Assembly (NCBI GenBank): GCA_964399295.1
Contig: CAYNQD010000001.1
Location: forward strand, 203,944 to 267,943
Direction of reading: 5' to 3'
DNA length: 64,000 nt
DNA from: an uncultured Candidatus Saccharibacteria bacterium
GTDB taxonomy: Bacteria > Patescibacteriota > Minisyncoccia > Phycocordibacterales > UBA918
Shown: piece by piece, positions 49,375 through 58,400 of the stretch
Layout of the letters: each line of letters begins with the position of its first letter
Position numbering within the stretch: the stretch's first letter is position 1
Notes under the pieces: generated by a model
Database searches by the model: none
Told to the model about the DNA's origin: nothing
The model's input: the letters and a program-made list of their open reading frames with translations, nothing else
Position numbers and translations under genes: made by a program

Positions 49375-49971
49375 ATGAGAAAAATACTATGCAGTGGATT
49401 TCTGGTTCTTACCTTGATTTTCACAACTTCTATAACAGCCAATGCCACCACTCTTGGCCTAACCACTCAAGACCCATCACTGGACTCCAGCTTTGCTTTC
49501 GTTGATTATTTTGAGTTTAATTCCAGTGGTGATTTATCGTCTTTTGGCGGAATCATTGACTCATCAAGCGGTATTTCCCCGTTTGGATTGACAGAATTTT
49601 CATTTGGCATCGGTTTTTCTTTGTCTGATCCTACCAATACGGCGGCTGGTGGTTTTGATGTATTTGATGGCAATGGTTTGTTTTTGAGTGGTGACCTCCT
49701 TGCCGTTGGTTATACTGAAAACGTGATTGAGTTCCAGTTTGATCAATTGACCGGTTCAGCCGCTGGTAGTTTTGGTTCATCCGCTCTTATGCTAATCAGT
49801 TTTGTTGATCAGCTCGGTACCAATCCCTTTGCAGCATTAGTTGATGGTACTTTTTATGATGCTTCAGTTAAGATAGCCAGCGTGGTACCGCTATCTGAAC
49901 CCACTATCCTACCCATGTTTGCTTTGGCCTTATTTTTAATAAGTCTGGTTCGATTGAAACACTATAAATAG
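49375..49971 (+). CDS. Secreted Gly/Ser/Asp-rich protein with a PEP-CTERM-like C-terminal anchor
   Basis: Signal peptide; C-terminus VPLSEPTILPMFALALFLISLVRLKHYK resembles the PEP motif followed by a TM helix and a basic tail. Confidence 0.4.
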   Translation: MRKILCSGFLVLTLIFTTSITANATTLGLTTQDPSLDSSFAFVDYFEFNSSGDLSSFGGIIDSSSGISPFGLTEFSFGIGFSLSDPTNTAAGGFDVFDGNGLFLSGDLLAVGYTENVIEFQFDQLTGSAAGSFGSSALMLISFVDQLGTNPFAALVDGTFYDASVKIASVVPLSEPTILPMFALALFLISLVRLKHYK

Positions 49972-50099
49972 TATTTGAGACAATCATTAATCAAATCAAA
50001 CAACCAAGGGAATTGGTTGTTTGATTATGACTGCTGGTAGTGTTTCCATTTAACCAAAACTACCATCCAATTTGCTTATTAGAGTACTAAAACCCTACT

Positions 50100-50840
50100 T
50101 CAATCACACCCCCACAAAACCACCCCATCAACAACAGACTGAACAGAATTAGGCTTGGTGGCATTAAGTATGCTAAATAAATCATCAACAACCAACCCAG
50201 TTGCTTCTGGTTCATCGGCTTTGATAAATCGGTAATGAGTGTTGCATTCACGATCTTTCCATATTTGCGGGTATGTGCGTACCGTATAACCTTCGTTTGT
50301 GAGTAATTCGGCTACGTAGGTAAATTTCCGAGCAAGGTCAGCATTCCACTCCACGAGCTTTAAAGTATGGAGGCTTCCCAATAGGGCGAGAACAGGTGAT
50401 TTTCCAACTTGACCTGCCAATTCTTTAGCCATCCAAGCGTCACGATCGATTCCTAATTTAATATCAGCATCAATGGCTATTAATTTAAAACAGTCATTTT
50501 GCCTTTGCAATTCTACTAAATTCTCTATTAAAACTCGAAAATCAGGGTGATCAATTGGTGGGGCAATTTCAATATCAGCCACTTTGGCTTGATCTTGAAT
50601 TAATTGATCAATCGTGGATTGTTGATTGCTGGCAATTTCTAAAGCCACTGTCAGGCAATCGTGCTGTTGCCGGTAATCAGTGATAATTGACTGAAAAAAT
50701 TGGAAAGATTCTGGTCGTTTGTGCGTTTCACCGATAATAGTGATGCTATCGGGCTTAATCCCTTGAAGAATAAAGTCATGACTGCCTTTAGCAGAGGTAT
50801 CTAAACCAAATAGCAGAGCTAGGAAAATGAGATAGCGCAT
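50100..50840 (-). CDS. Secreted ChaN/TIKI/TraB-superfamily (haem-binding-like) protein
   Basis: Signal peptide; ITIIGETHKRPES resembles the ChaN GE.H motif. Confidence 0.4.
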   Translation of the reverse strand: MRYLIFLALLFGLDTSAKGSHDFILQGIKPDSITIIGETHKRPESFQFFQSIITDYRQQHDCLTVALEIASNQQSTIDQLIQDQAKVADIEIAPPIDHPDFRVLIENLVELQRQNDCFKLIAIDADIKLGIDRDAWMAKELAGQVGKSPVLALLGSLHTLKLVEWNADLARKFTYVAELLTNEGYTVRTYPQIWKDRECNTHYRFIKADEPEATGLVVDDLFSILNATKPNSVQSVVDGVVLWGCD

Positions 50841-50918
50841 TAGATTGGCCAGTTACCCTGTACTTCTATGAGATCAAGTAACTCTTATTAATCCCGCTCT
50901 GCCAAATAATTCTCAAAA

Positions 50919-51809
50919 CTAATTGACTAGCCTCTCTTCAAGCTTATTTAACTCAACTTTTAGGTTTTCAAGAGTAGCTTCTAACTTATTGATTTCTGCT
51001 TTCAGCGCTTCAATATTTTTGGCCACCTCCGGATCGGTCGGTATACCAATCTCTTCATGTTCCCAGGCTAACGCTACCAGTCTAGGATGATCAATATATG
51101 GATTGCGGTTGCCTTGTTTTTCTTCAATCCGGTTGTTTCTTTCTTTTTCCGTTGCATCAACCGGATCAGCTTTGTGCCACTTAAATAAAGTTTCGCGATC
51201 GGCTATTTTAGAAATATCGCCAGCCGCGTTAGGATACATGGTATAGAAATAATATACGGCTCTAGCCAAATTTCCCTTGTGGTCTTCACGGGGTTCAAAT
51301 ACTTCATTCCCTATTGTTTCACTGTATGAATCAATTTCATCCGTGGGAATGCTATTTCTTATGATTTTTAACCCCGGATCACCGGCAGTTATCCATTTTT
51401 CGGTTAAATGATCATCAATTTCTCCGAAAGGCAGGTTACTTCTTGTTGAATTAACATCCTTATGAGTCGGAAATAAATGATGTAGGTCTGATTTCATGGG
51501 AAATTTTTCATTAAACCAGGACTGCGGTATGGTATGTTCGGCATTAATTGGATCAAGAAAGGTAGTGTCCTTTGCTTTTTGCTTGAACCCAGTATAAACA
51601 CCTACCACCATACCATCAGCATTTTTATCAATAAAGCTATACATCGCTCTTCTGGCTTTGTCATAGCCAAGATCATTATGTTTGCCTTCATGCCAGTTTT
51701 CTTTCAACCATACTCGCAGGGCTTGGCCGGATAAATCATCTGGTGGCAATGGCCCAGCAAAACTAAAAACGCTAAATAGGATAAATGCAACGGCGACAAA
51801 GATTTTCAT
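50919..51809 (-). CDS. Secreted Endonuclease I-family DNase with a C-terminal coiled coil
   Basis: AEHTIPQSWF, DLHHLFPT, VNSTRSNLPF, FEPREDHKGNLARAVYYF match the EndA/Endonuclease_1 blocks. Confidence 0.7.
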   Translation of the reverse strand: MKIFVAVAFILFSVFSFAGPLPPDDLSGQALRVWLKENWHEGKHNDLGYDKARRAMYSFIDKNADGMVVGVYTGFKQKAKDTTFLDPINAEHTIPQSWFNEKFPMKSDLHHLFPTHKDVNSTRSNLPFGEIDDHLTEKWITAGDPGLKIIRNSIPTDEIDSYSETIGNEVFEPREDHKGNLARAVYYFYTMYPNAAGDISKIADRETLFKWHKADPVDATEKERNNRIEEKQGNRNPYIDHPRLVALAWEHEEIGIPTDPEVAKNIEALKAEINKLEATLENLKVELNKLEERLVN

Positions 51810-51939
51810 AATAATCTCCTTGGCGTGTGGATTATTAAAATCAAATGGTAGTTGACGCTTTAAGAACTAAACGTGCAGGCTAATAATAATACAATTAGGA
51901 ATTTTGTGGCTAAGAAGATAGCAGAGATAGTTTGACTGT

Positions 51940-51992
51940 TAAGGGTAGTCAAACAAGTGTAGCGGCCAAGGGCATTTGCCCTTGGCCGCTAT
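51940..51992. promoter_or_regulatory. Two adjacent perfect palindromes upstream of the second recombinase
   Basis: gtttgactgttaagggtagtcaaac, and agcggccaagggca-tt-tgcccttggccgct (14-bp arms). Confidence 0.45.
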
Positions 51993-52094
51993 AATGAAAA
52001 AACTTCAATTTTAACTGTTCTTCTTATAACGATTCTGAACTAAAATACTTTAGAGGTTTTATTCCTATTATAATATTCATTTATTCAGTATCTT

Positions 52095-54146
52095 ATGGCT
52101 GTTAGTGAGGTGGTGATGAATACAAAAAACGAACCAAAACGGGTCGGTATCTGGGTTCGCGTATCAACGGAAGATCAGGTACGGGGTGAAAGTCCCGAAA
52201 CCCATGAACGTCGCGCCCGCTTATACGCTGAAGCTAAAGGTTGGAACGTGGTGGAAGTCTATCGCCTAGATGCTGTCTCCGGTAAAACCGTTAAAGATAC
52301 CCCAGAAGCCAAACGGATGCTTATTGATGTGCAAGATGGCCATATCACTGGGTTAATCTTCTCCAAACTGGCCCGTTTGGCCCGTAACACCAAAGAACTA
52401 CTGGAATTCTCAGAAATCTTCCGCGACTGTGGAGCTGATCTCATTTCACTGGCCGAAAGCATCGATACCTCTACCCCCGCTGGTCGACTCTTCTATACGA
52501 TGATTGCCGCGATGGCGCAGTGGGAACGCGAAGAAATCTCAGAAAGAGTGGCGGCAGCGGTACCGATCCGAGCTAAAGCTGGTCAACCAACTGGTGGGCA
52601 AGCGCCGTTTGGTTATGAGTGGAGAGATAAGAAGCTGTATATTGATCCAGCCGAAGCCAAAGTCCGTAAATTGATCTTTGAATTGTTTCGTGAACACAAA
52701 CGCAAAAAATTAGTAGCTAGACTATTAAACGATCAGGGTTATCGTACCCGAAACGGTGGTAAATTCTCTGACACCACCGTTGACCGACTGCTCCGTGATC
52801 CAATTGCGATGGGTACCCGCAGGGCCAACTATACTTGTACCAAAGACAACAACAAAGCCTGGAAGCTAAAACCAGAATCAGAGTGGGTTTATTTAAAGGT
52901 AGAACCCATTGTTTCAGAAGAACTATGGCAGGAATGCAATCAATTCTTGGATGAGCAAAGAAGCAAGTTAAAGCGGGTTACTAAATCAGCTGTTTATCTG
53001 TTTTCTGGCTTAGCGTACTGTATTTGTGGGAAGAAGATGTATGTGCCGTCCAATAGCCCAAAATACACCTGCAAAGAGTGTCGCAACAAAATACCGGTTG
53101 ATGATTTAGAAGCGGTATTTCATGAACAAATCAAGAATTTCTTGGTATCAGAAAAAGAGATAGTTAATCACTTAGAACAGGCTAATGTTGAGGTGAAAGA
53201 AAAGGTTGAACTCCTGGGGGTATTAGAAAAGGAAACAAATAAGCTTAATCAGGAAATTGATAAGCTGTATGACCTCTACCAGTCCAGTATGATTGATAAA
53301 CATGGATTTGGGCTGAAATACAAGCCACTAGCTGAACGGCGAGAACAGTTAGACGAACAAATCCCTAAACTGCAAGCTGAGATTGATATTATGAAAATAT
53401 CGCAATTGTCTCAGGAAGTAGCTATTGCCGAAGCACGTGATTTATATGGTCGCTGGCCCTCACTTCCCTTTGCAGAAAAAAGGCGGATCGTGGAAGCGAT
53501 TGTGGAGAAGATAACGATTGGTAACGGTGAGATTGAAATCAATCTTTTCTATACTCCCCCAGCCTCAGAGATACCGCAACACAACTTAAATAACGGAGGA
53601 ATAACTAATATTTATTCCTCCTTAAATCATGGTAATTTGGCAACAGATGCTCATAGACGCGTCGCCTTTTTGCCATTTGTCCGTACAAAGCTTAAATCAT
53701 TGATTCCTAAGTCATATGATTTTGAGCCTAAGGCTCTGGGTGAGCATCTACTGAAGCGGAGGTTATTTCTTGAGTTGTCACAAGCTGAGGTTGGCAAGCT
53801 ATTCAATGTTTGCTCCTTCACGGTTGGTAACTGGGAAAAAGGACATTCAGAACCAAAAATATTCCAGATACCGATTCTAATCGAATTTCTTGGTTACGAT
53901 CCGATTAATCACCACTCTAATTCAATTGCTGAATTATTGCTGGCTAAACGGAAGAAATTAGGCTGGACTCAGAAAGTGGCTGCTAAAAATCTGGGCGTTG
54001 ATCCGTGTACTTGGTCGAGCTGGGAATGTGGTAGAGCAATCAAGACTTATAAACATCGGCGGTTGGTGGCTGAGTTTTTAAATATGGATGAGGGGGTTGT
54101 TGATGTGATAATGAAATTGCAGTGGAATGAGCTACATGAACGGTGA
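52095..54146 (+). CDS. Large serine recombinase with a C-terminal extension carrying two XRE-type HTH modules
   Basis: VGIWVRVSTEDQ…SPETH catalytic domain, recombinase domain, Cys4 zinc ribbon (CICGKK…CKEC), coiled coil, then LSQAEVGKLFNVCSFTVGNWEKG and LGWTQKVAAKNLGVDPCTWSSWE. Confidence 0.75.
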   Translation: MAVSEVVMNTKNEPKRVGIWVRVSTEDQVRGESPETHERRARLYAEAKGWNVVEVYRLDAVSGKTVKDTPEAKRMLIDVQDGHITGLIFSKLARLARNTKELLEFSEIFRDCGADLISLAESIDTSTPAGRLFYTMIAAMAQWEREEISERVAAAVPIRAKAGQPTGGQAPFGYEWRDKKLYIDPAEAKVRKLIFELFREHKRKKLVARLLNDQGYRTRNGGKFSDTTVDRLLRDPIAMGTRRANYTCTKDNNKAWKLKPESEWVYLKVEPIVSEELWQECNQFLDEQRSKLKRVTKSAVYLFSGLAYCICGKKMYVPSNSPKYTCKECRNKIPVDDLEAVFHEQIKNFLVSEKEIVNHLEQANVEVKEKVELLGVLEKETNKLNQEIDKLYDLYQSSMIDKHGFGLKYKPLAERREQLDEQIPKLQAEIDIMKISQLSQEVAIAEARDLYGRWPSLPFAEKRRIVEAIVEKITIGNGEIEINLFYTPPASEIPQHNLNNGGITNIYSSLNHGNLATDAHRRVAFLPFVRTKLKSLIPKSYDFEPKALGEHLLKRRLFLELSQAEVGKLFNVCSFTVGNWEKGHSEPKIFQIPILIEFLGYDPINHHSNSIAELLLAKRKKLGWTQKVAAKNLGVDPCTWSSWECGRAIKTYKHRRLVAEFLNMDEGVVDVIMKLQWNELHER

Positions 54147-54352
54147 AATGATTTTTTCCCATTTGCTGGAATTGAGATGTGTAACTAGTTCGATAAATAC
54201 ATTGTTTTTTCAAATCACTTTTCATTCATGATAATTTTAAAGTTGGTTAATTAGAGCTTTACAGATGAAATCATTGAGGTGTAAATTGACAAATCTAAGA
54301 ATTAAATAAAAAATTCGGAAAAATTCATAATAGAAACGATGGAGATTGAATA

Positions 54353-55099
54353 ATGCCACCAGAGCATCGATTACATGTGCTGGCAATTTCAGCGACGTTG
54401 ATTGCTTATTATTGGTTTATGAAAATTATTTTATCTCCTGGATTTCATTGGTTACCCCAATGGAGTAGTTTCTTCATTATGTTTTTTTCGTCTTATGGTG
54501 TGTTTAGATTTTTTCACTGGACAATAGCATTTCTATTGAATAAAGTGCGATTGCTTAAACAACTTTTTCTTGGGAAATATTACATTGAAGGTACTTGGGT
54601 TGGTTATTATTATGGGGAAGACGGGAAAATATACTATGTAGTGGAAATTATTGACCAGGAAGTAGGTGCTCCACTACATATTAGTGGTCATTCATTCGCG
54701 AATAACAACAAACTCTATGCGACCTGGCGGTCTGTTACAGTAAGTTTCTGGGTGGACTGGCATAAACTAATTTATGCATATAATTGTGTAATTCTTGAAC
54801 CATCTAAGATAATTGATGGAATAACAGTTTTCAGCTTTCATTGTATAAATGAGGATTGTTTCCATACTAAAAAATTTCGGAGTCAAGAATTTATTAAAAT
54901 AAATCTGATTAAAAGCCTGTTTTGTAATAATCCTAGCAGAATTATTGGGTACGCAACTAACACAGATTCAGGAAAACGGCTTGAACTTTATGAGCAAAAA
55001 TTGAGTAACGACGTTTTAATAGCTGAAAACGCTTTACTAGGAGCAAAAACATTCCATGATTCAGTTGTGAAATCACTTAACAAGACTAGTGTTCAATAG
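54353..55099 (+). CDS. AT-rich hypothetical protein with an N-terminal 2-TM region and a globular C-terminal domain
   Basis: Hydrophobic helices in residues 8–70; ~33% GC versus ~47% for its neighbours. Confidence 0.4.
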   Translation: MPPEHRLHVLAISATLIAYYWFMKIILSPGFHWLPQWSSFFIMFFSSYGVFRFFHWTIAFLLNKVRLLKQLFLGKYYIEGTWVGYYYGEDGKIYYVVEIIDQEVGAPLHISGHSFANNNKLYATWRSVTVSFWVDWHKLIYAYNCVILEPSKIIDGITVFSFHCINEDCFHTKKFRSQEFIKINLIKSLFCNNPSRIIGYATNTDSGKRLELYEQKLSNDVLIAENALLGAKTFHDSVVKSLNKTSVQ

Positions 55100-55228
55100 C
55101 AAAAATAAGATAAATTATTTTGGATTATAACCATTTGTTTTCAAAAATATACTGTTCAAAACAGTATATATTGAATTAATACAATTAAACACTAGCAACA
55201 ATTAATACATAAAAGCAAAGACCCTACT

Positions 55229-57949
55229 TCACCTTTCCTTCCCCTTCTGCAACGACCGCGCAATAACCTCAGAAACCGCCTTTCTTCTAGCAGCCGCATC
55301 ATCTGAGTCAGTAACTTGCTGGACGGTACGGACTTTGTATCCCCGTACCACTTGCTCGGTCGGGGTGAATTTGCCTAGACTATCGAGGAATTCAATGATC
55401 TGTTCAGAGGTTATGTACCGAACCCGTCCTTGATCTTTGAGGTCAAGATTTTCTTCCACGAATTTGGCCAGTTTCTTCACATGCCGTTCTGTTCCGCCAA
55501 TCAATACAACCTCTGAATAACCAGCAGCAAAGCATTTTTCAAGGCCACCCAGTTCCCAATCTTTGGTGGTGGTGACTGAAACTTGGCAAGCCACGCGTAA
55601 TTTATCTCGTACCAGTGATATATCTACCCGTCCAGCGCCATCCAGAATCGTTTCCTCAATAGTGGCACGGAAACCGCGCTCTTCAGCTAATTGTTTGATC
55701 AATTGCTGCAAGTATTTATGTTGTCGTCCACCACGGCCAGGCTCTGGAATATCCTTTGGTGGTGTCGATTTGGCTCTTTTCTTCGGTGGCGTGGTTTCGA
55801 TTGATGGGATCGGTTCAGCAGCAGTTGGTATTTCCGGTTCAACTGGAATCTCTACGGTTTGCGGTGTTTCAGGTGACACTGTTTCTTTCTTGGTTGTCTG
55901 TTTAGCTGGTTTTGGCTCAGGAAAAGCGATTTCTTCAGGAATTAGCGGTGGTTCGCTATATAGCTCCCGATTGCGATCAATTAGAGCTTCATATTGGAAA
56001 GCGGTGATTCTCGGTTGACTCTCCACAAACCCCAAGGGAATAGATACAGCCAGTGCTTTAGCAGTATAGTTTTTGACGTAACAGGCAAATTCGGTTTGCT
56101 CCTTCCCTTTTCTCATACCAAGCAAAAAATCAGCGTCAGTACGGTATTCTGAATCTAAGATACCGGCATCTTTGGCACTCAAGCCACCAGCAAACTTGAT
56201 GGTGGTGGAAGCTAATACACTAGCCCTGAGACCACCAGACAGCTGATCGAGATTTTGATGCGCAAATACTAAGCCTACCCGGTATTTTCTAGCTTGGTTT
56301 AGTAGATGTGAGATATTGTCGTCAAAATAGTCTTGGGCTTCATCGATATAAACAAAGGCGGAGCGTCGCTTATGTGGTGGCATGGCGGCACGCTGAATGG
56401 AAGCCTGGGCAATTAAAGCAATAAAGAAACGTCCAAAAATGGCTGCACCATCTTGTCCCAGCAAATCCTTGGCCGTATTGATAAGAATGATCTTGCCTTG
56501 ATTTAATAATTCAAAGATATCAATTCTGTTTCGAGTATGAGAAAACATCCGTTCCAAGGATGAATTGGATAGTACTCCCCACAGACGGGTTAATATCTGC
56601 TTCTTGGTTTCACTAAACTTTCTATCAAAGAATTGGGTAGCAAAGAAGCTACGAGCGGTGCCGGTCAGTTTCTCCATATAGGGCCGGAACCGTTCACTGT
56701 TTTCCATTAATTCTCGTAGCGTATGGATATTGGCGTCCGGTATTTCCAAAAGTAGCCGAGCTAAATAACGGAAAATCAGTCCTTGGCGTTGGGTTAATTC
56801 GGCTCCGAGTAGCGCCCCAAAGAAGTATTCATACAGTTCAATGGTGGCATTCAGTATCTTTTCTTTATCTACCGGCGCATAACCACTTAACCGATCTTGG
56901 TTAAAGTCAAACATATTGAGACAAACCGGATACTCAATATCATTCGGATCAACTATCACCAAGCGTTCAGCCAGGGCTGGATCGCTAAAGTATCCCAGTT
57001 TAACTATGGTGTTGATCAAATCACCCTGGCTATCAATCACCACAATCGAACGACCATCTTCTTGCGAGCGCACAATGTCATGATGAATCAGAAACTGCAT
57101 TAATTGGGTTTTGCCGTGACCGGTACCACCGACGATATGAGTATGTTCAAAGCGGGCTGGGAAAGGAATGGCAAACGGTAGCTGGCGGTATAGCAGTGAC
57201 TGGAATGGCGTGTCACCCAAATAAGTATCAACCAATACCGCTGGTTCATTAATTCGGCTTTCGGTGGGTAGGATTACCTTCGGTGGCCGGTTGAATTTGG
57301 CGTCTGGTGGATGGCCGGAAGCTCTTAAGATATTCTGATCAAAGACTTCCCGCTGTCTTCCAAAAACCTGGGCTTCAACAACGTCTGCGTCATAGAAAGT
57401 CACCATGAGGCGCTGGATGACTTCCGGCAGGTTGTCGCACAAATCATAGGCATGTGCCTTCGGAAACACCACTGAATCATCATCAGCCAACCCGTTTTCA
57501 TCAACATCAATAAAGGCTGATTCGGGAAAATATTCAAGCATCCCTTTAAAAAGCCAGACCAGCTTTTCCCGCCAAATTGATAGCAAACGATCCGGTGAAT
57601 TGAGAAAGTGTTTATGGCGTTTCAGGGTGGTACGGAGTCGTATCCCCTCTTCAATGGTGAGGTTTTTGATCTCGGTGTCATTGGGTAAATCTCCAATCAT
57701 CGAATCTTCATACAGCAATTGTTCGATGGTGTAATACAAAGCGCCACCGAGTGGTACTCCAGGCAGTGTGCCGTGCCGTTCGCAAGCATCAGCAATTATA
57801 TCCACGATAAAACTGCTGATTTCATCTTGGTTATTAAGGGGGTGATGTATACGCTGTGTGCGTTTAAGCTCATGCAGAAGAGCCAGCGTTTCTGCCTCTT
57901 CTTTCTTTTTCGGTGAAGGCAGAATCCAATTAAGAAAATTAGATGACAC
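55229..57949 (-). CDS. FtsK/HerA/TraG-superfamily P-loop ATPase (906 aa) with an N-terminal domain, a Pro/Glu-rich linker and a C-terminal possibly nuclease-like domain
   Basis: Walker A VGGTGHGKT, Walker B FVYIDEAQDY, T4CP/TraG-D_C-like AHQNLDQL; C-terminal block DGAGRVDISL…ACQVS. Confidence 0.55.
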   Translation of the reverse strand: MSSNFLNWILPSPKKKEEAETLALLHELKRTQRIHHPLNNQDEISSFIVDIIADACERHGTLPGVPLGGALYYTIEQLLYEDSMIGDLPNDTEIKNLTIEEGIRLRTTLKRHKHFLNSPDRLLSIWREKLVWLFKGMLEYFPESAFIDVDENGLADDDSVVFPKAHAYDLCDNLPEVIQRLMVTFYDADVVEAQVFGRQREVFDQNILRASGHPPDAKFNRPPKVILPTESRINEPAVLVDTYLGDTPFQSLLYRQLPFAIPFPARFEHTHIVGGTGHGKTQLMQFLIHHDIVRSQEDGRSIVVIDSQGDLINTIVKLGYFSDPALAERLVIVDPNDIEYPVCLNMFDFNQDRLSGYAPVDKEKILNATIELYEYFFGALLGAELTQRQGLIFRYLARLLLEIPDANIHTLRELMENSERFRPYMEKLTGTARSFFATQFFDRKFSETKKQILTRLWGVLSNSSLERMFSHTRNRIDIFELLNQGKIILINTAKDLLGQDGAAIFGRFFIALIAQASIQRAAMPPHKRRSAFVYIDEAQDYFDDNISHLLNQARKYRVGLVFAHQNLDQLSGGLRASVLASTTIKFAGGLSAKDAGILDSEYRTDADFLLGMRKGKEQTEFACYVKNYTAKALAVSIPLGFVESQPRITAFQYEALIDRNRELYSEPPLIPEEIAFPEPKPAKQTTKKETVSPETPQTVEIPVEPEIPTAAEPIPSIETTPPKKRAKSTPPKDIPEPGRGGRQHKYLQQLIKQLAEERGFRATIEETILDGAGRVDISLVRDKLRVACQVSVTTTKDWELGGLEKCFAAGYSEVVLIGGTERHVKKLAKFVEENLDLKDQGRVRYITSEQIIEFLDSLGKFTPTEQVVRGYKVRTVQQVTDSDDAAARRKAVSEVIARSLQKGKER

Positions 57950-58330
57950 TTAATTTATCTCAATAACTTCCTCTCCCCCGAAAGTACTGGCAGCACCAAG
58001 TACATTATGAAAGGTGTGGGCCGCTTCTTTGATTTGTTCTTCAACCGCGATCATTTCCACGATATCTTTGCATTCTACCGTCTTTCCCTTTTCCAGATCG
58101 TTGACGGAGATAGTGAGATTAATCATTTTGAAAGCCACACGAGAAGCCAGCCCGATAAGACCACTGCCTGGATCAACAATCTTGGCTCGTTCATACAGCA
58201 TAGTATCGCCAAGCTTGTATTTCTTGATGTTGGTTTTTTCTTCATCAGTTAGCTCCGCTCTAACTGACACCGTGAAGATTATCTTGCCCATCATGCCGGT
58301 CTTTTGATCCCGACGCAACAACAGCTTCAT
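57950..58330 (-). CDS. 126-aa hypothetical protein sandwiched between the two ATPases
   Basis: Stop and start abut the neighbours (58330/58401 and 57950/57949); no known domain. Confidence 0.4.
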   Translation of the reverse strand: MKLLLRRDQKTGMMGKIIFTVSVRAELTDEEKTNIKKYKLGDTMLYERAKIVDPGSGLIGLASRVAFKMINLTISVNDLEKGKTVECKDIVEMIAVEEQIKEAAHTFHNVLGAASTFGGEEVIEIN

Positions 58331-58400
58331 CGCTACCTCCTTGAATGTATGAGATAAGTAGCTAAAGTATATATATTTTATGGTAAGTCGGGAAGAAAAT

